Assembly (NCBI GenBank): GCA_051252135.1
Contig: JBPOGH010000014.1
Span: 32,001-96,000, forward strand
Direction of reading: 5' to 3'
Source of the DNA: Verrucomicrobiaceae bacterium
Lineage (GTDB): Bacteria; Verrucomicrobiota; Verrucomicrobiia; Verrucomicrobiales; Akkermansiaceae
DNA: 64,000 nt
Shown: one piece after another, positions 10,140 to 19,554 of the stretch
Layout of the letters: each line of letters opens with the position of its first letter
How positions within the stretch are numbered: the stretch's first letter is position 1
Notes under the pieces: model-generated
The model's input: only the letters and a program-made list of their open reading frames with translations
Told to the model about the DNA's origin: nothing
Databases searched by the model: none
Position numbers and translations under genes: made by a program

Positions 10140-10676
10140 ATGAAATTTCTCCCCCTCCTCCCCCTCCTCCTCCTCGCTTCCTGCAAGGACACCCCGCCCC
10201 CCGAACTCCCCTCCCGGCCCAAGGAACTCCCTCCCGAACAACGCCTCGCCCTCGATGCCACCCTCGCCAGCCAAACCCTCGGACAGGAACTCCATGGCCG
10301 AACCCACTGGCTCGGACCCCATGGATTCAAAGAAGGCCCCCTCGATAAAGCCCCAAAGCTCTACTTCATCTACTTCTCCGCAAGCTGGTGAGGCCCTTGC
10401 CGTCGAAATGCTCCCCAGTTGGTGAGCGACTATCACGAACTCATTCTTAACAATCCCGATGTCGAACTGATCCACCTCAGCGCCGACCAGTCAAAAAAGG
10501 CGGCTGAAGACTGGGCCAAAAAGGAAAACTTCCCCTGGCCCACCGTCCTCTCCACCTCACTCAGCGAATCCCTCGAAGCTCGCGTCGGCCAAACCTTGCC
10601 CGGATATTTTCTCTATTCCGCAGATGGCGAACTCCTCGCCAAAGGAAAAGAGGACGCTTTCAAAAAAATTAGATAA
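10140..10676 (+). CDS. Thioredoxin-like (tryparedoxin/nucleoredoxin-type) lipoprotein with in-frame UGA at the catalytic Cys; candidate selenoprotein (UxxC)
   Basis: ORFs 10140-10391 and 10419-10676 are in one frame, separated only by TGA at 10389-10391: LYFIYFSASW-TGA-GPCRRNAPQLVSDY...VELIHLSADQ...FPWPTV...TLPGYFLYSADG. Lipobox LASC at residue 15. 178 aa with read-through. Confidence 0.85.
10402..10430 (+). other. Candidate bacterial SECIS hairpin (thioredoxin-like gene)
   Basis: Hand-folded GUC[GAAAU]GCUC-C-CCA-GU-UGG-U-GAGC-GAC, with the apical GU 27-28 nt after the UGA. Confidence 0.6.
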
Positions 10677-10762
10677 GGCCACCACTTGATTTCGGTCTTC
10701 CTACGATCTTTTTCCTTCCACAAGGGGAGTGAAGAAGATTTCCTATTCCCACCTACCTTTCC

Positions 10763-11623
10763 ATGAACACATTCCTTCCTTCCCTCATTTTCGGCCTCCT
10801 GGTCGCCGTGAGCCATGGACAGGTGATTGTCCAACTCCAGCTGGAGCGACCGAGTTACCTCGTCAATGAACCCGTCCGGGGAGTCGTCACCATCACCAAC
10901 CGCGGTGGCTCCGAACTCTTCCTTCATAGCAAGGCCGAGGGCCGCATCACTCGCAGCTGGCTCGAATTTTCCATGCGCCGCAGCGGTGGAAACGCCCTCA
11001 ATCGGCTAAACAATGCCGCCTTTCGCGCCGTCAACCTTCCTGCCGGTCGGGCACTCAAGCGCACCATCAACCTCAGCCAGCTCTACGGACTCACCGGCCA
11101 GGGCAACTACTCCGTCTCGGCCCGCGTCCAGATTGGCGACCAGGTCTTCCACTCAAATAGCGCCCACTTCGCCGTCACCGATGGCACCGTCTACTTCAAG
11201 CAACCCTTCGGAGCCCCGGGCACACCATACCCAAACCGCGAATACCGCCTCATCACCTTCAACGACGGTAAAAAAACCTCCATCTACGCTGCCGTCCATG
11301 ACGCCAAGTCCAAGCGCTCCCTCGCTACCGGGCGCCTCAGCGAAGCCCTCCTCTTCCAACGACCACAAGCCGCCATCGACGGCAAAAACAACATGCACGT
11401 GCTCTACCTCAGCAATCCTGAAGTTTTTGTGCACGCCGTTGTGAACAAAGATGGCCTGCTTGCTGCTTCCAACTATTACAAACGCGGCGCGGCCGGCACC
11501 CCCGGCTTCGTCACCTTCGCCAGCGGTGAAATCAAGGTCCGTGGGGGAATCCCCTACGATCCTAAGGCCGAAGCCGCTGAACAAAATCGCGCTCGTAGAA
11601 TATCAGATCGTCCTGATCGTTAA
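10763..11623 (+). CDS. Secreted conserved hypothetical protein (Ig-like N-terminal domain)
   Basis: 286 aa; signal peptide ending VSHG; beta-rich YLVNEPVRGVVTITN; codon usage typical of + strand genes. Confidence 0.75.
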   Translation: MNTFLPSLIFGLLVAVSHGQVIVQLQLERPSYLVNEPVRGVVTITNRGGSELFLHSKAEGRITRSWLEFSMRRSGGNALNRLNNAAFRAVNLPAGRALKRTINLSQLYGLTGQGNYSVSARVQIGDQVFHSNSAHFAVTDGTVYFKQPFGAPGTPYPNREYRLITFNDGKKTSIYAAVHDAKSKRSLATGRLSEALLFQRPQAAIDGKNNMHVLYLSNPEVFVHAVVNKDGLLAASNYYKRGAAGTPGFVTFASGEIKVRGGIPYDPKAEAAEQNRARRISDRPDR

Positions 11624-11695
11624 TTTAATTGAATAAAAAGTTTGCATTAAATTCTAAATTTTTTTAAAAGATAACCAATCGTTACTAATTCTTCC

Positions 11696-12298
11696 ATGAA
11701 GACACCATTTCAAATCCTGATCCTATCGCTCGCTCTCCTGAGCCCGGCTTTTGCAAAATTTAACACCGTCGTGATCGATGCCGGACACGGCGGACGTGAC
11801 AACGGTGGAAGCTACGGCAAAGTTTACGAGAAATGGCTCGCCCTCGACACCGCGTTCCGCGTCGAGAAAAAGCTCCGCAGCAAAGGTCTCAAAACCGTGA
11901 TGACCCGTCGCAGCGACCAATTCATCTCCCTCTCCGGCCGCGCAAACCTCGGCAATCGCTACGCCAACGCCATCTTCGTCTCCGTTCACTACAACTTCAC
12001 CTGGAAGCGCGATGTCAGTGGCCTCGAGACTTTCTACTGCTCCCCGGCCTCCAAGCCCCTCGCAGTCGCCGTCCAACGCAACATGCTCAAGCAGGTTAAA
12101 TCCGTGGACCGCGGAGCCAAATACGCCCGCTACTTCGTCATCCGCCACTCCAGCAACCCGGCCATCCTCGTCGAAGCAGGATTCGTCTCCAACTCCCTGG
12201 AGCGCGGCCGCTCCAAAGAAGGCTGGTATCGCGAAGCCATCGCCGAAGGAATCGTCGATGGCATCATGGAATACCGCAGAAGCAGCAGCAGCTGGTAA
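11696..12298 (+). CDS. N-acetylmuramoyl-L-alanine amidase (Amidase_3)
   Basis: VVIDAGHGG, EK, TVMTR, FVSVHYN, PAILVEAGFVSN; signal peptide. Confidence 0.92.
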   Translation: MKTPFQILILSLALLSPAFAKFNTVVIDAGHGGRDNGGSYGKVYEKWLALDTAFRVEKKLRSKGLKTVMTRRSDQFISLSGRANLGNRYANAIFVSVHYNFTWKRDVSGLETFYCSPASKPLAVAVQRNMLKQVKSVDRGAKYARYFVIRHSSNPAILVEAGFVSNSLERGRSKEGWYREAIAEGIVDGIMEYRRSSSSW

Positions 12299-12315
12299 TC
12301 CGATTGCTGATTCAC

Positions 12316-12906
12316 ATGTCTGCCGTCGACTGGGACTCTTGTTACCGCGACGGTGAGACACCTTGGGAAAAAGGGATGGCCCATCCGGCCCTCCCTCTTT
12401 TTTTGTCCAATCACCCGGATCTCTTCCACCCCAAACCCCGCATCTTCCATCCCGGTTGCGGATTCGGGCACGACGCCGCCCTCCTCGCCCCCCATTCCTC
12501 GGAGATCACCGCCCTCGACCTCGCCCGGGCACCCATCGCCAAAGCACGCGAACTCCATCCTGCCCCAAATATCAATTGGCAGATCGGCGACCTCTTCTCG
12601 TGGCCCGAAAAAGAAGCCTACCACTTCGCCTGGGAGCACACCTGCTTCTGCGCCATCCCCACGGACCGCCGGCCGGACTACGCCCGCGCCCTCCACCAAA
12701 TCCTCAAACCCGGCGGACATCTCGCCGGCATCTTTTTTCTCAACCCCGACCACCCCGTCGAAGAAGGCCCCCCCTTCGGCGTCACCCGCAACGAGCTCAA
12801 CAACCACTTCAGCCCCTACTTCGACCTCCTCCTCGACCACCCCGACCCGCCCACCTTCGAAGGCCGGGAAAATCGTGAAACTCTCATGATCTGGTGCAAG
12901 CGCTGA
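12316..12906 (+). CDS. Thiopurine/thiol/halide S-methyltransferase (TPMT-like) SAM-dependent methyltransferase
   Basis: WDSCYRDGETPWEKG, PGCGFGHD, EHTCFCAI, GPPFGV. Confidence 0.85.
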   Translation: MSAVDWDSCYRDGETPWEKGMAHPALPLFLSNHPDLFHPKPRIFHPGCGFGHDAALLAPHSSEITALDLARAPIAKARELHPAPNINWQIGDLFSWPEKEAYHFAWEHTCFCAIPTDRRPDYARALHQILKPGGHLAGIFFLNPDHPVEEGPPFGVTRNELNNHFSPYFDLLLDHPDPPTFEGRENRETLMIWCKR

Positions 12907-12973
12907 CCGCCTCACAGAAGCATCGATAAATCCCCTCCTCCCCGGCCGTATAAACCCTTTCCGGAATTTTCCT

Positions 12974-14728
12974 ATGCGCACGCTCATCCTCTTCGCCCTC
13001 ACCCTCCTCGCCCTTCCCGCAGAGCAAATTTCTCCACTCGGCCTCCTCGCCAAACGCCACCCGGACCACCCCGCACTCAAGCTCCGGCTGGATCGTTGCT
13101 CCCCCCTCGAAGCACACGCCCTCATCACCAATCCACACTTCACCGGACCACTCAAAAAATCACAGCGACAAGCGCTCAGCGACTACCGCAACACCCTCGC
13201 CGCCAACCTCCGCGCCTCCCGGCACCCCCGCTTCCCCGCCGCCAAAGGATACCTCCCCCACCCCCTCATCGGCTGGACCGTCTTCATCCATCAGGACCTC
13301 CGGGAGAAACATCCCAAAGAGACAACCCGCGCCCTCCACCTCCTCAAGCACCAGCTCCAGGACATCGTCGACCGCGTCCCCGCCCCCATCGTCCACTACC
13401 TCAAACAGGTCCCGCTCTACTTCTCCCCCTCGGAAAACGGCCATGCCGGAGCCTGCCATCACCCCAGCGCCAACTGGCTCAAAAACAACGGCTTCCCCGT
13501 CGAAATGGCCAAGTCCGTCGAGTTCTCCAACATCCTCAACTTCGAAAAGGAAACCCGCCGCATGCCCAACTTCGCCCTCCACGAACTCGCGCATGCCTAC
13601 CACAACCACATCCTCGGCGATGACCACCCCGCCATCCTCGCCGCCTTTCAAAAAGCCAAAGCCTCCGGCAAATTCACCAACCTCTCCAAGCGCACCGGCG
13701 ATCCCAAAAATCCACTCGGCGTCACCAATGGTCCCACCTACGGCATGACCAACCAAATGGAATACTTCGCCGAAACAACCGAGGCCTACTTCGGCGAAAA
13801 CGACATCACCCCCTACGACCGCGCCTCCCTCATCGAGCTCGACCCCGGCGTCATCCCCGTCCTCGAAAAAGTCTGGCACATCAAAAAAACCACCCACCCC
13901 GTCCTCGCCGCCCATCGCATCCTCGTCCTCGGCGACTCCATCACCGCCTCCCGCCACTACGTCGTTGACCTCCAAACCGCCCTCCATCTCCACGGCCACG
14001 CCCCGGAAATCATCGCCGCCGGCCTCCCCTCGGAAGGTGTCACCGGACTCTCCGAACCCAAACACCCCTTCCCCCGACCCAATGTCCACGAGCGCCTCAC
14101 CCGCGCCCTTCAAAAGGCAAAACCCGATCTCGTCATCGCCTGCTACGGCATGAACGACGGCATCTACCATCCCTTCAGCCTCACCCGCTTCGAAGCCTAC
14201 CAGCGCGGGCTCCAATCCCTCATCGAACAAGTCCGCGCCTCCGGCGCAAAACTCATCCTCGTCACCCCGCCCCCCTTCGATGTCGTCGCACACAAAGAAC
14301 CGCAGGACCTCAACGCCCCCGAATTCCACTGGGAAAAAACCTACCGCCACTACGATCGCGACGTCATTGCACCCTACGCCCGCTGGGTCCTCGCCCAAAA
14401 AAACCAAGTCACCGCCGTCGTCGATGCCCACACCCCCATGGCCGCCCACTACGCCGCCAAACGGATGACCGATAAGAAATACACCCTCTCCGATGACGGC
14501 GTTCACATCAATCGGGAAGGCCACCGCCTACTCGCCGGCATCATCTATCAATCGCTCGGCGGAAAACCCATGCCACCCCTCCCGGAACACCTCCTCCACT
14601 ACTACTCCGCACGCCAAAATATCCTCTCCCCAGCCTGGACCGGCCACATCGGCCACCAACGTCCCGGTATCAAACCCGGCCTCCCTCTCGACGAAGCCAA
14701 AGCCCGCGCCGCCCATGTCCTCCGTTAG
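12974..14728 (+). CDS. Secreted zinc-metallopeptidase-like domain fused to an SGNH/GDSL hydrolase
   Basis: N-terminal half has ALHELAHAYH and NQMEYFAE; C-terminal half has LGDSIT, YGMND and DGVH. Confidence 0.8.
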   Translation: MRTLILFALTLLALPAEQISPLGLLAKRHPDHPALKLRLDRCSPLEAHALITNPHFTGPLKKSQRQALSDYRNTLAANLRASRHPRFPAAKGYLPHPLIGWTVFIHQDLREKHPKETTRALHLLKHQLQDIVDRVPAPIVHYLKQVPLYFSPSENGHAGACHHPSANWLKNNGFPVEMAKSVEFSNILNFEKETRRMPNFALHELAHAYHNHILGDDHPAILAAFQKAKASGKFTNLSKRTGDPKNPLGVTNGPTYGMTNQMEYFAETTEAYFGENDITPYDRASLIELDPGVIPVLEKVWHIKKTTHPVLAAHRILVLGDSITASRHYVVDLQTALHLHGHAPEIIAAGLPSEGVTGLSEPKHPFPRPNVHERLTRALQKAKPDLVIACYGMNDGIYHPFSLTRFEAYQRGLQSLIEQVRASGAKLILVTPPPFDVVAHKEPQDLNAPEFHWEKTYRHYDRDVIAPYARWVLAQKNQVTAVVDAHTPMAAHYAAKRMTDKKYTLSDDGVHINREGHRLLAGIIYQSLGGKPMPPLPEHLLHYYSARQNILSPAWTGHIGHQRPGIKPGLPLDEAKARAAHVLR

Positions 14729-14820
14729 CATCATTTTGCACAATACATTTACCCGATCTTGTGTAACATCCGCCCTTCTTGAGCTAGCGGAGCATCGACT
14801 CCCTCACCTTGCGTCCCGAC

Positions 14821-15876
14821 ATGTCCGAAGTTAATCAACAGGTAATTGCCGATCGTCTCGGTCTTTCCCGAGCCACCGTTTCTCGCTGCTTCACCAATCA
14901 CGCCGGAATCAGCGCCACCACCAGAGCCAAGGTCTTCCAGCTCGCCGCCGATATCGGATACACCCATCTCGAGAGCAGAAGCCCCACCGCTCGTAAGACC
15001 AAAAAAACAGCCAGCTTCTCCGTCCTCATCTGCACCGATACCGAAGAATACTTCCGTGGTGAATACGAAAGCCCCGGCGAACAAATCCTCGCCGGAGTCT
15101 CGGAATTCGCCCAACTCAACGACATCAAGGTCGATGTCAACTTCATCTCCCCCGAGATCACCTCCACCGATCACCCCGCATTCTCCGAGATCAAAGAGCT
15201 GAAGGAACGCAAAAATCGCGGCGTCCTCCTCATCTACCCCTTCCACCCCCAGATCATCGAGGAACTCAGCCTCCGCCTTCCCCTCGTCTCCCTCGTCGAT
15301 CAAGCCGAGCACACCTCGATCGACTGCGTCGATGTCGACCACTACGCCGGCATCTCCGCCGCCATCGACCACCTCATCTCAAAAGGCCACCAACGCATCG
15401 GCTTCTACACCCGCGACTACCCCGTCCACGCAAGCTGGTCCTTCCGCCGCTACAGCGCCTTCGTCGAAAAAATGGCCCGCCTCCAAAAGGAAATTCATCC
15501 CCAGGACCTCATCGGCATCTTCCCCCGCTCCTTCCCCACCGTTCAGGACGGAATCGAACAAGCCATCGCACGCACCAAAGATGGCGTCACCGCCTGGGTC
15601 TGCGCGGCAGACCACCAGGCCTTCGATCTCATCTCGGGCATCCAACAAGCCGGCCTCAAGGTCCCCCAAGACGTCTCCGTCACCGGCTTCGATGGCATCC
15701 ACCATCAGGACAACCGGCCGGACCTCACCACCATCCATATCCCCTTCCGCGCCATCGGCATGACCGGCGCACAACGCCTCGCCTCCAGAATCCACCGCCG
15801 TTTCGGAGGCAAGCAGCACACCTACATCTCAGGCAAACTGCACAAAGGAAAAACCGTCAACCTACCCCCTAAATAA
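14821..15876 (+). CDS. LacI family transcriptional regulator
   Basis: HTH IADRLGLSRATVSR; GHQRIGF; GLKVPQDVSVTGFDG; PDLTTIHIP. Confidence 0.9.
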   Translation: MSEVNQQVIADRLGLSRATVSRCFTNHAGISATTRAKVFQLAADIGYTHLESRSPTARKTKKTASFSVLICTDTEEYFRGEYESPGEQILAGVSEFAQLNDIKVDVNFISPEITSTDHPAFSEIKELKERKNRGVLLIYPFHPQIIEELSLRLPLVSLVDQAEHTSIDCVDVDHYAGISAAIDHLISKGHQRIGFYTRDYPVHASWSFRRYSAFVEKMARLQKEIHPQDLIGIFPRSFPTVQDGIEQAIARTKDGVTAWVCAADHQAFDLISGIQQAGLKVPQDVSVTGFDGIHHQDNRPDLTTIHIPFRAIGMTGAQRLASRIHRRFGGKQHTYISGKLHKGKTVNLPPK

Positions 15877-15968
15877 GGATTAGGTTCCCGCCCTCGACTC
15901 CCAATTTCCATCGTGCGCCATCTTTCCCGTGGCAAACTCCCCCATCCACGATACCTTCCTGCGTAACC

Positions 15969-16409
15969 GTGTTTGGAAAACTCCTCCTCCTCTTCATCCT
16001 CGTCCCCTTGGCCGAGCTCGTCATCTTCATCATGCTGGGTGACCTCATCGGTCTCGAGACCACCATCGTCATCATCATCCTCACCGCCATCCTCGGTGCC
16101 GCCCTGACCAAGTCCCAGGGCCGCCAAGCCATGGCCAGGCTTCAGACCGCACTCGCCGAAGGCCGCATGCCCCACCGTGAGGCAGCCGATGGCATCCTCA
16201 TCCTCATCGCCGGCGCCGTCCTCCTCACCCCGGGCTTCCTCACCGACACCGTCGGCTTCCTCCTCCTCGTTCCCGCCGTCCGCTCCCTCCTGCGCGATCG
16301 CTTCGCCTCCAAAATGAAGGACAAAATCAAGGTCTCCACTCCCGGCTTCCCTCCGGAAAAAGAGAACCAACCGTCCAATCTCGACGACGGAAATGTCATC
16401 GACGTATAA
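15969..16409 (+). CDS. fxsA: FxsA family membrane protein
   Basis: LLLFILVPLAEL...AGAVLLTPGFLTDTVG, C-terminal VIDV. Confidence 0.88.
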   Translation: MFGKLLLLFILVPLAELVIFIMLGDLIGLETTIVIIILTAILGAALTKSQGRQAMARLQTALAEGRMPHREAADGILILIAGAVLLTPGFLTDTVGFLLLVPAVRSLLRDRFASKMKDKIKVSTPGFPPEKENQPSNLDDGNVIDV

Positions 16410-16433
16410 GCTCCCCTCACGTTAAAAGTAACC

Positions 16434-17330
16434 ATGCGCTGGAAGAAACTCGGACGAAGCGAGAACGTGGAACGCCGTCGCGGCAGCAGCGGAGGAGGCG
16501 GACGCCCGGTCGCCATGGGCGGAGGACTCGGCATGATCATCATGGCCCTCATCGCCATCTTTGTCTTCAAGGTCGACCCCTCCAAACTCCTCGAGGGCAT
16601 GGGCGGCATCTCCCAAAGCCAACCCGGACAATCCACCCAAAAACCCCAAACCGCCCAACAAGCGGAAATCGACGAATTCGTCAGCGCCATCAAAAGCTCC
16701 ACCGAACAGGAATGGACCCAAATCTTTAAAAACGGTGGCCAACAATACCGCGTCCCCAAAATGGTCAACTACGATGGCATGACCCGCATGCGCACCGGCG
16801 GAGTCGCCGATGCCCGCATGGGCCCCTTCTACCTCCCCGCCGAAGAAACCATCTACCTCGACACCGCCTTTTTCGGGCAAATGCAGAGTCAGTTCAAAGC
16901 CGGTGGAGACTTCGCCTACGCCTACGTCATCGCCCATGAGGTCGGTCATCACGTCCAGAAACTCCTCGGCCGTACCGATTACGTCCACAAACAAAAAGGA
17001 CGCATCCCGGATGTCGAATACAACCGCCTCTCCGTCCGCCTCGAACTCCAGGCCGACTTCCTCGCCGGCGTCTGGGCCCATCATGCCGACAACCGCATGC
17101 GCACAACCCAAGGACAGCCACTTCTCGAAAAAGGCGATATCGAAGAAGCCATGCGCGCCGCCAAGGCCATCGGCGACGACGCCCTCCAGCGCCAGGCCGG
17201 CGGTCAGATCATCGAGGACTCCTTCACCCACGGCACCTCCGAACAACGCCTCCGCTGGTTCATGAAGGGCTTCCGCTCCGGAAACCCGAATGACGGAGAC
17301 ACCTTCGCCATCCCCTACAACCAACTGTAG
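16434..17330 (+). CDS. YpfJ-like neutral zinc metallopeptidase
   Basis: RSENVERRRG, MGPFY, YVIAHEVGHHVQ, RLELQADFLAGVW, DSFTHGTSEQR. Confidence 0.9.
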   Translation: MRWKKLGRSENVERRRGSSGGGGRPVAMGGGLGMIIMALIAIFVFKVDPSKLLEGMGGISQSQPGQSTQKPQTAQQAEIDEFVSAIKSSTEQEWTQIFKNGGQQYRVPKMVNYDGMTRMRTGGVADARMGPFYLPAEETIYLDTAFFGQMQSQFKAGGDFAYAYVIAHEVGHHVQKLLGRTDYVHKQKGRIPDVEYNRLSVRLELQADFLAGVWAHHADNRMRTTQGQPLLEKGDIEEAMRAAKAIGDDALQRQAGGQIIEDSFTHGTSEQRLRWFMKGFRSGNPNDGDTFAIPYNQL

Positions 17331-17377
17331 GAAGAAGACTTTGAACAGATTCGGTCCCGAACCGTCTCTACCACACC

Positions 17378-17842
17378 ATGGCAGGTCCCAAAACAGTCGC
17401 GGAACCCCACAAGGAACTCCGCTTCACCCGCGCTTCCCAGGCCCAAATATTCTTTGTCGCCGCCGCAGTATCGATCTCCCTGACCCTCATCATCGGCATC
17501 ACCGCCGCCATGGGCCATCCCTCCTTTCACTGGTGGATGACCCTGCCATGCGCCCTCACCGCCTTCTTCCTCCTACGCCTCGCCGTCCGCTGCACCCGTC
17601 ACGCCTTCCTCATCCTCACCCCACTCGGAATTGAGGTATTCCCCTTCATCAAACCGGAAAAAAATCTCCGCCTCATCTACTGGGGTGAGATTGCTCAAGC
17701 GGAAATAAACGAGGACAAAAAGCTCCTCACTCTCCACCACAACGCCGATAAAACTTCCGGCATTGTCGTCTCCCTCAAACCCCTCGATGCCTCAAACATC
17801 GAACTCCTCAATAAAGCCATTCAGGGCCGGCTCAACCCCTAG
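17378..17842 (+). CDS. Hypothetical membrane protein (two TM segments plus a PH-like soluble domain)
   Basis: 154 aa with two hydrophobic segments; coding-like codon usage. Confidence 0.65.
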   Translation: MAGPKTVAEPHKELRFTRASQAQIFFVAAAVSISLTLIIGITAAMGHPSFHWWMTLPCALTAFFLLRLAVRCTRHAFLILTPLGIEVFPFIKPEKNLRLIYWGEIAQAEINEDKKLLTLHHNADKTSGIVVSLKPLDASNIELLNKAIQGRLNP

Positions 17843-18591
17843 CGGGACTCCGATATTTCAGGAGGTGGAGTCATTGCAAGCGAACCTTTCGTGGAACGCA
17901 CCAGAAGGAACGCCGTGCCCACCGATCCCAGCGCCGCCAATGTGGCCATCATCGCAAGCACCTGGATGTAACTCACAAACTCCATCTTCCTCTTCACCAC
18001 TTGATGGAGCAGGAGAGGGATAAATGACACCATCAGCACCACCCCGCCCACCTTGGGGACCAGGCTCATATCAACATACTTGTTGACCAGGGTCGTCAGC
18101 CCCATCAGGGATCCAAAGACCCCGAATATGATCGCAAAATGAAGGACCAGAGCCGACATCTTGAAATATTGGCGCCTGATCTGGGTCGGTAAACTGACTT
18201 GAGTCGCATAGTTGAACTCAGGCTGGGCCACCACCAGCGTTGGAAGTGCCGACTTCCGTTCACGCTCGTCTTTCAACTGGCGGAATAGGGCAACCGCCCT
18301 CATTTCGATATAGGTATTTTCCAGATCCTGATCCCGCCCCCGGCAGGCAAGGGATGCCTTGGCATAGCAACCCGGATCAAATCGTCCCGATAACACTTCG
18401 GAGCCTGCACGCTCATAGGCTCGGTCCCTGATTTCCTCAATGCGCATCTCCGGAATCACCGAGCGCTCCCTCGCAGTCCGGCTCATCGAACCTCCAGGAC
18501 GCCTCCCTACCACTTCTTCCTGAACCAGACGAACTACCGAATCGCCCGCCCGTTCACGGGAGACACGCTTAGTAAGACCATCCGATTTCAT
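17839..18591 (-). CDS. Hypothetical membrane protein
   Basis: Long ORF with three C-terminal hydrophobic segments. Start placed at the ATG at 18591, downstream of an AT-rich divergent promoter region. Confidence 0.55.
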   Translation of the reverse strand: MKSDGLTKRVSRERAGDSVVRLVQEEVVGRRPGGSMSRTARERSVIPEMRIEEIRDRAYERAGSEVLSGRFDPGCYAKASLACRGRDQDLENTYIEMRAVALFRQLKDERERKSALPTLVVAQPEFNYATQVSLPTQIRRQYFKMSALVLHFAIIFGVFGSLMGLTTLVNKYVDMSLVPKVGGVVLMVSFIPLLLHQVVKRKMEFVSYIQVLAMMATLAALGSVGTAFLLVRSTKGSLAMTPPPEISESR

Positions 18592-18828
18592 ATTTGGTGC
18601 AAAAGACAGAATCAAATTAGCTTGGACCAACTTACGTGTTTCACCACCCCCCAAAGCTTCTCCATTTTTTTCATTAAATTAGCAAAAAGTCAATTTGTTA
18701 ATAATATTTGTCATGTTGAATAGTCTCGAAATCTTAAGTAAATTGGGCACAATCTCCACAGTTCACTGTCGCTATTCGCTTTTCATCCGTCCATTCCTCC
18801 ATAAAATCCCCCCAGCCTTTTAAGTATC

Positions 18829-19554
18829 ATGGACGATGTCTACCGCACCAGCGCACCACGGCCCAGAGCCGTGAGCCAAGCGGACATCAATCGCCCCGCC
18901 GATGACCAAATCTGGGCTTATCTGGCTCTCTGTGTCGCCTCCATGGCCTCAGTCTTCGTGCTCGGGGTCCTCCTCATCAAAGGCCACATGATCCAATCCG
19001 CCCAAAATGCCAGAGAAGCGGCACAGGCGGAATTCGAGGGCCCCTCACCCATCTTCGAGCCGGAAGAAGATCCCAAACCCTCGGTCGCCCAGCAGTGGAG
19101 CTGGGTCGAAAAATGGACCCCCTCCGCCGCCTCGGTTCAGGCAAGTCTCGGCGGCCAGGTAAAACAAGGACAGACCATCTATCTATTCTCTTCTGGCACC
19201 CTGGTCATGCTCGATAAGACCGATAAAGGAGGCCGCTCAGGTGCAATCGACATTCTCAAAAATACCAAGATGTCGCTGAGCGACCTCATGGTCAAACCCA
19301 CCCCGGACGGAGATTTCCTCATCCGTTACGGGCCGAAGACCTTCTTCCTTCTCGAAGCCAAACTCGCCGAGCAATATACCGAAATGGTGAACACCAACTG
19401 GGAGCAAACACTAAGCGCCGAAGCCCAAGAAGCGCGAAAAGGGAAGCCCTCGCCCCCCTTTGGTGTGCGTTGCGCCCTAATCAGCCTCTACCTGCTTGAG
19501 AAGGACCGTAAGGAGCCGCGTATCATCCTTGTGCTCGAGGGGGATAAGCAGTAG
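18829..19554 (+). CDS. Hypothetical single-pass membrane protein
   Basis: 241 aa with one TM (IWAYLALCVASMASVFVLGVLLI); no family recognised. Confidence 0.6.
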   Translation: MDDVYRTSAPRPRAVSQADINRPADDQIWAYLALCVASMASVFVLGVLLIKGHMIQSAQNAREAAQAEFEGPSPIFEPEEDPKPSVAQQWSWVEKWTPSAASVQASLGGQVKQGQTIYLFSSGTLVMLDKTDKGGRSGAIDILKNTKMSLSDLMVKPTPDGDFLIRYGPKTFFLLEAKLAEQYTEMVNTNWEQTLSAEAQEARKGKPSPPFGVRCALISLYLLEKDRKEPRIILVLEGDKQ

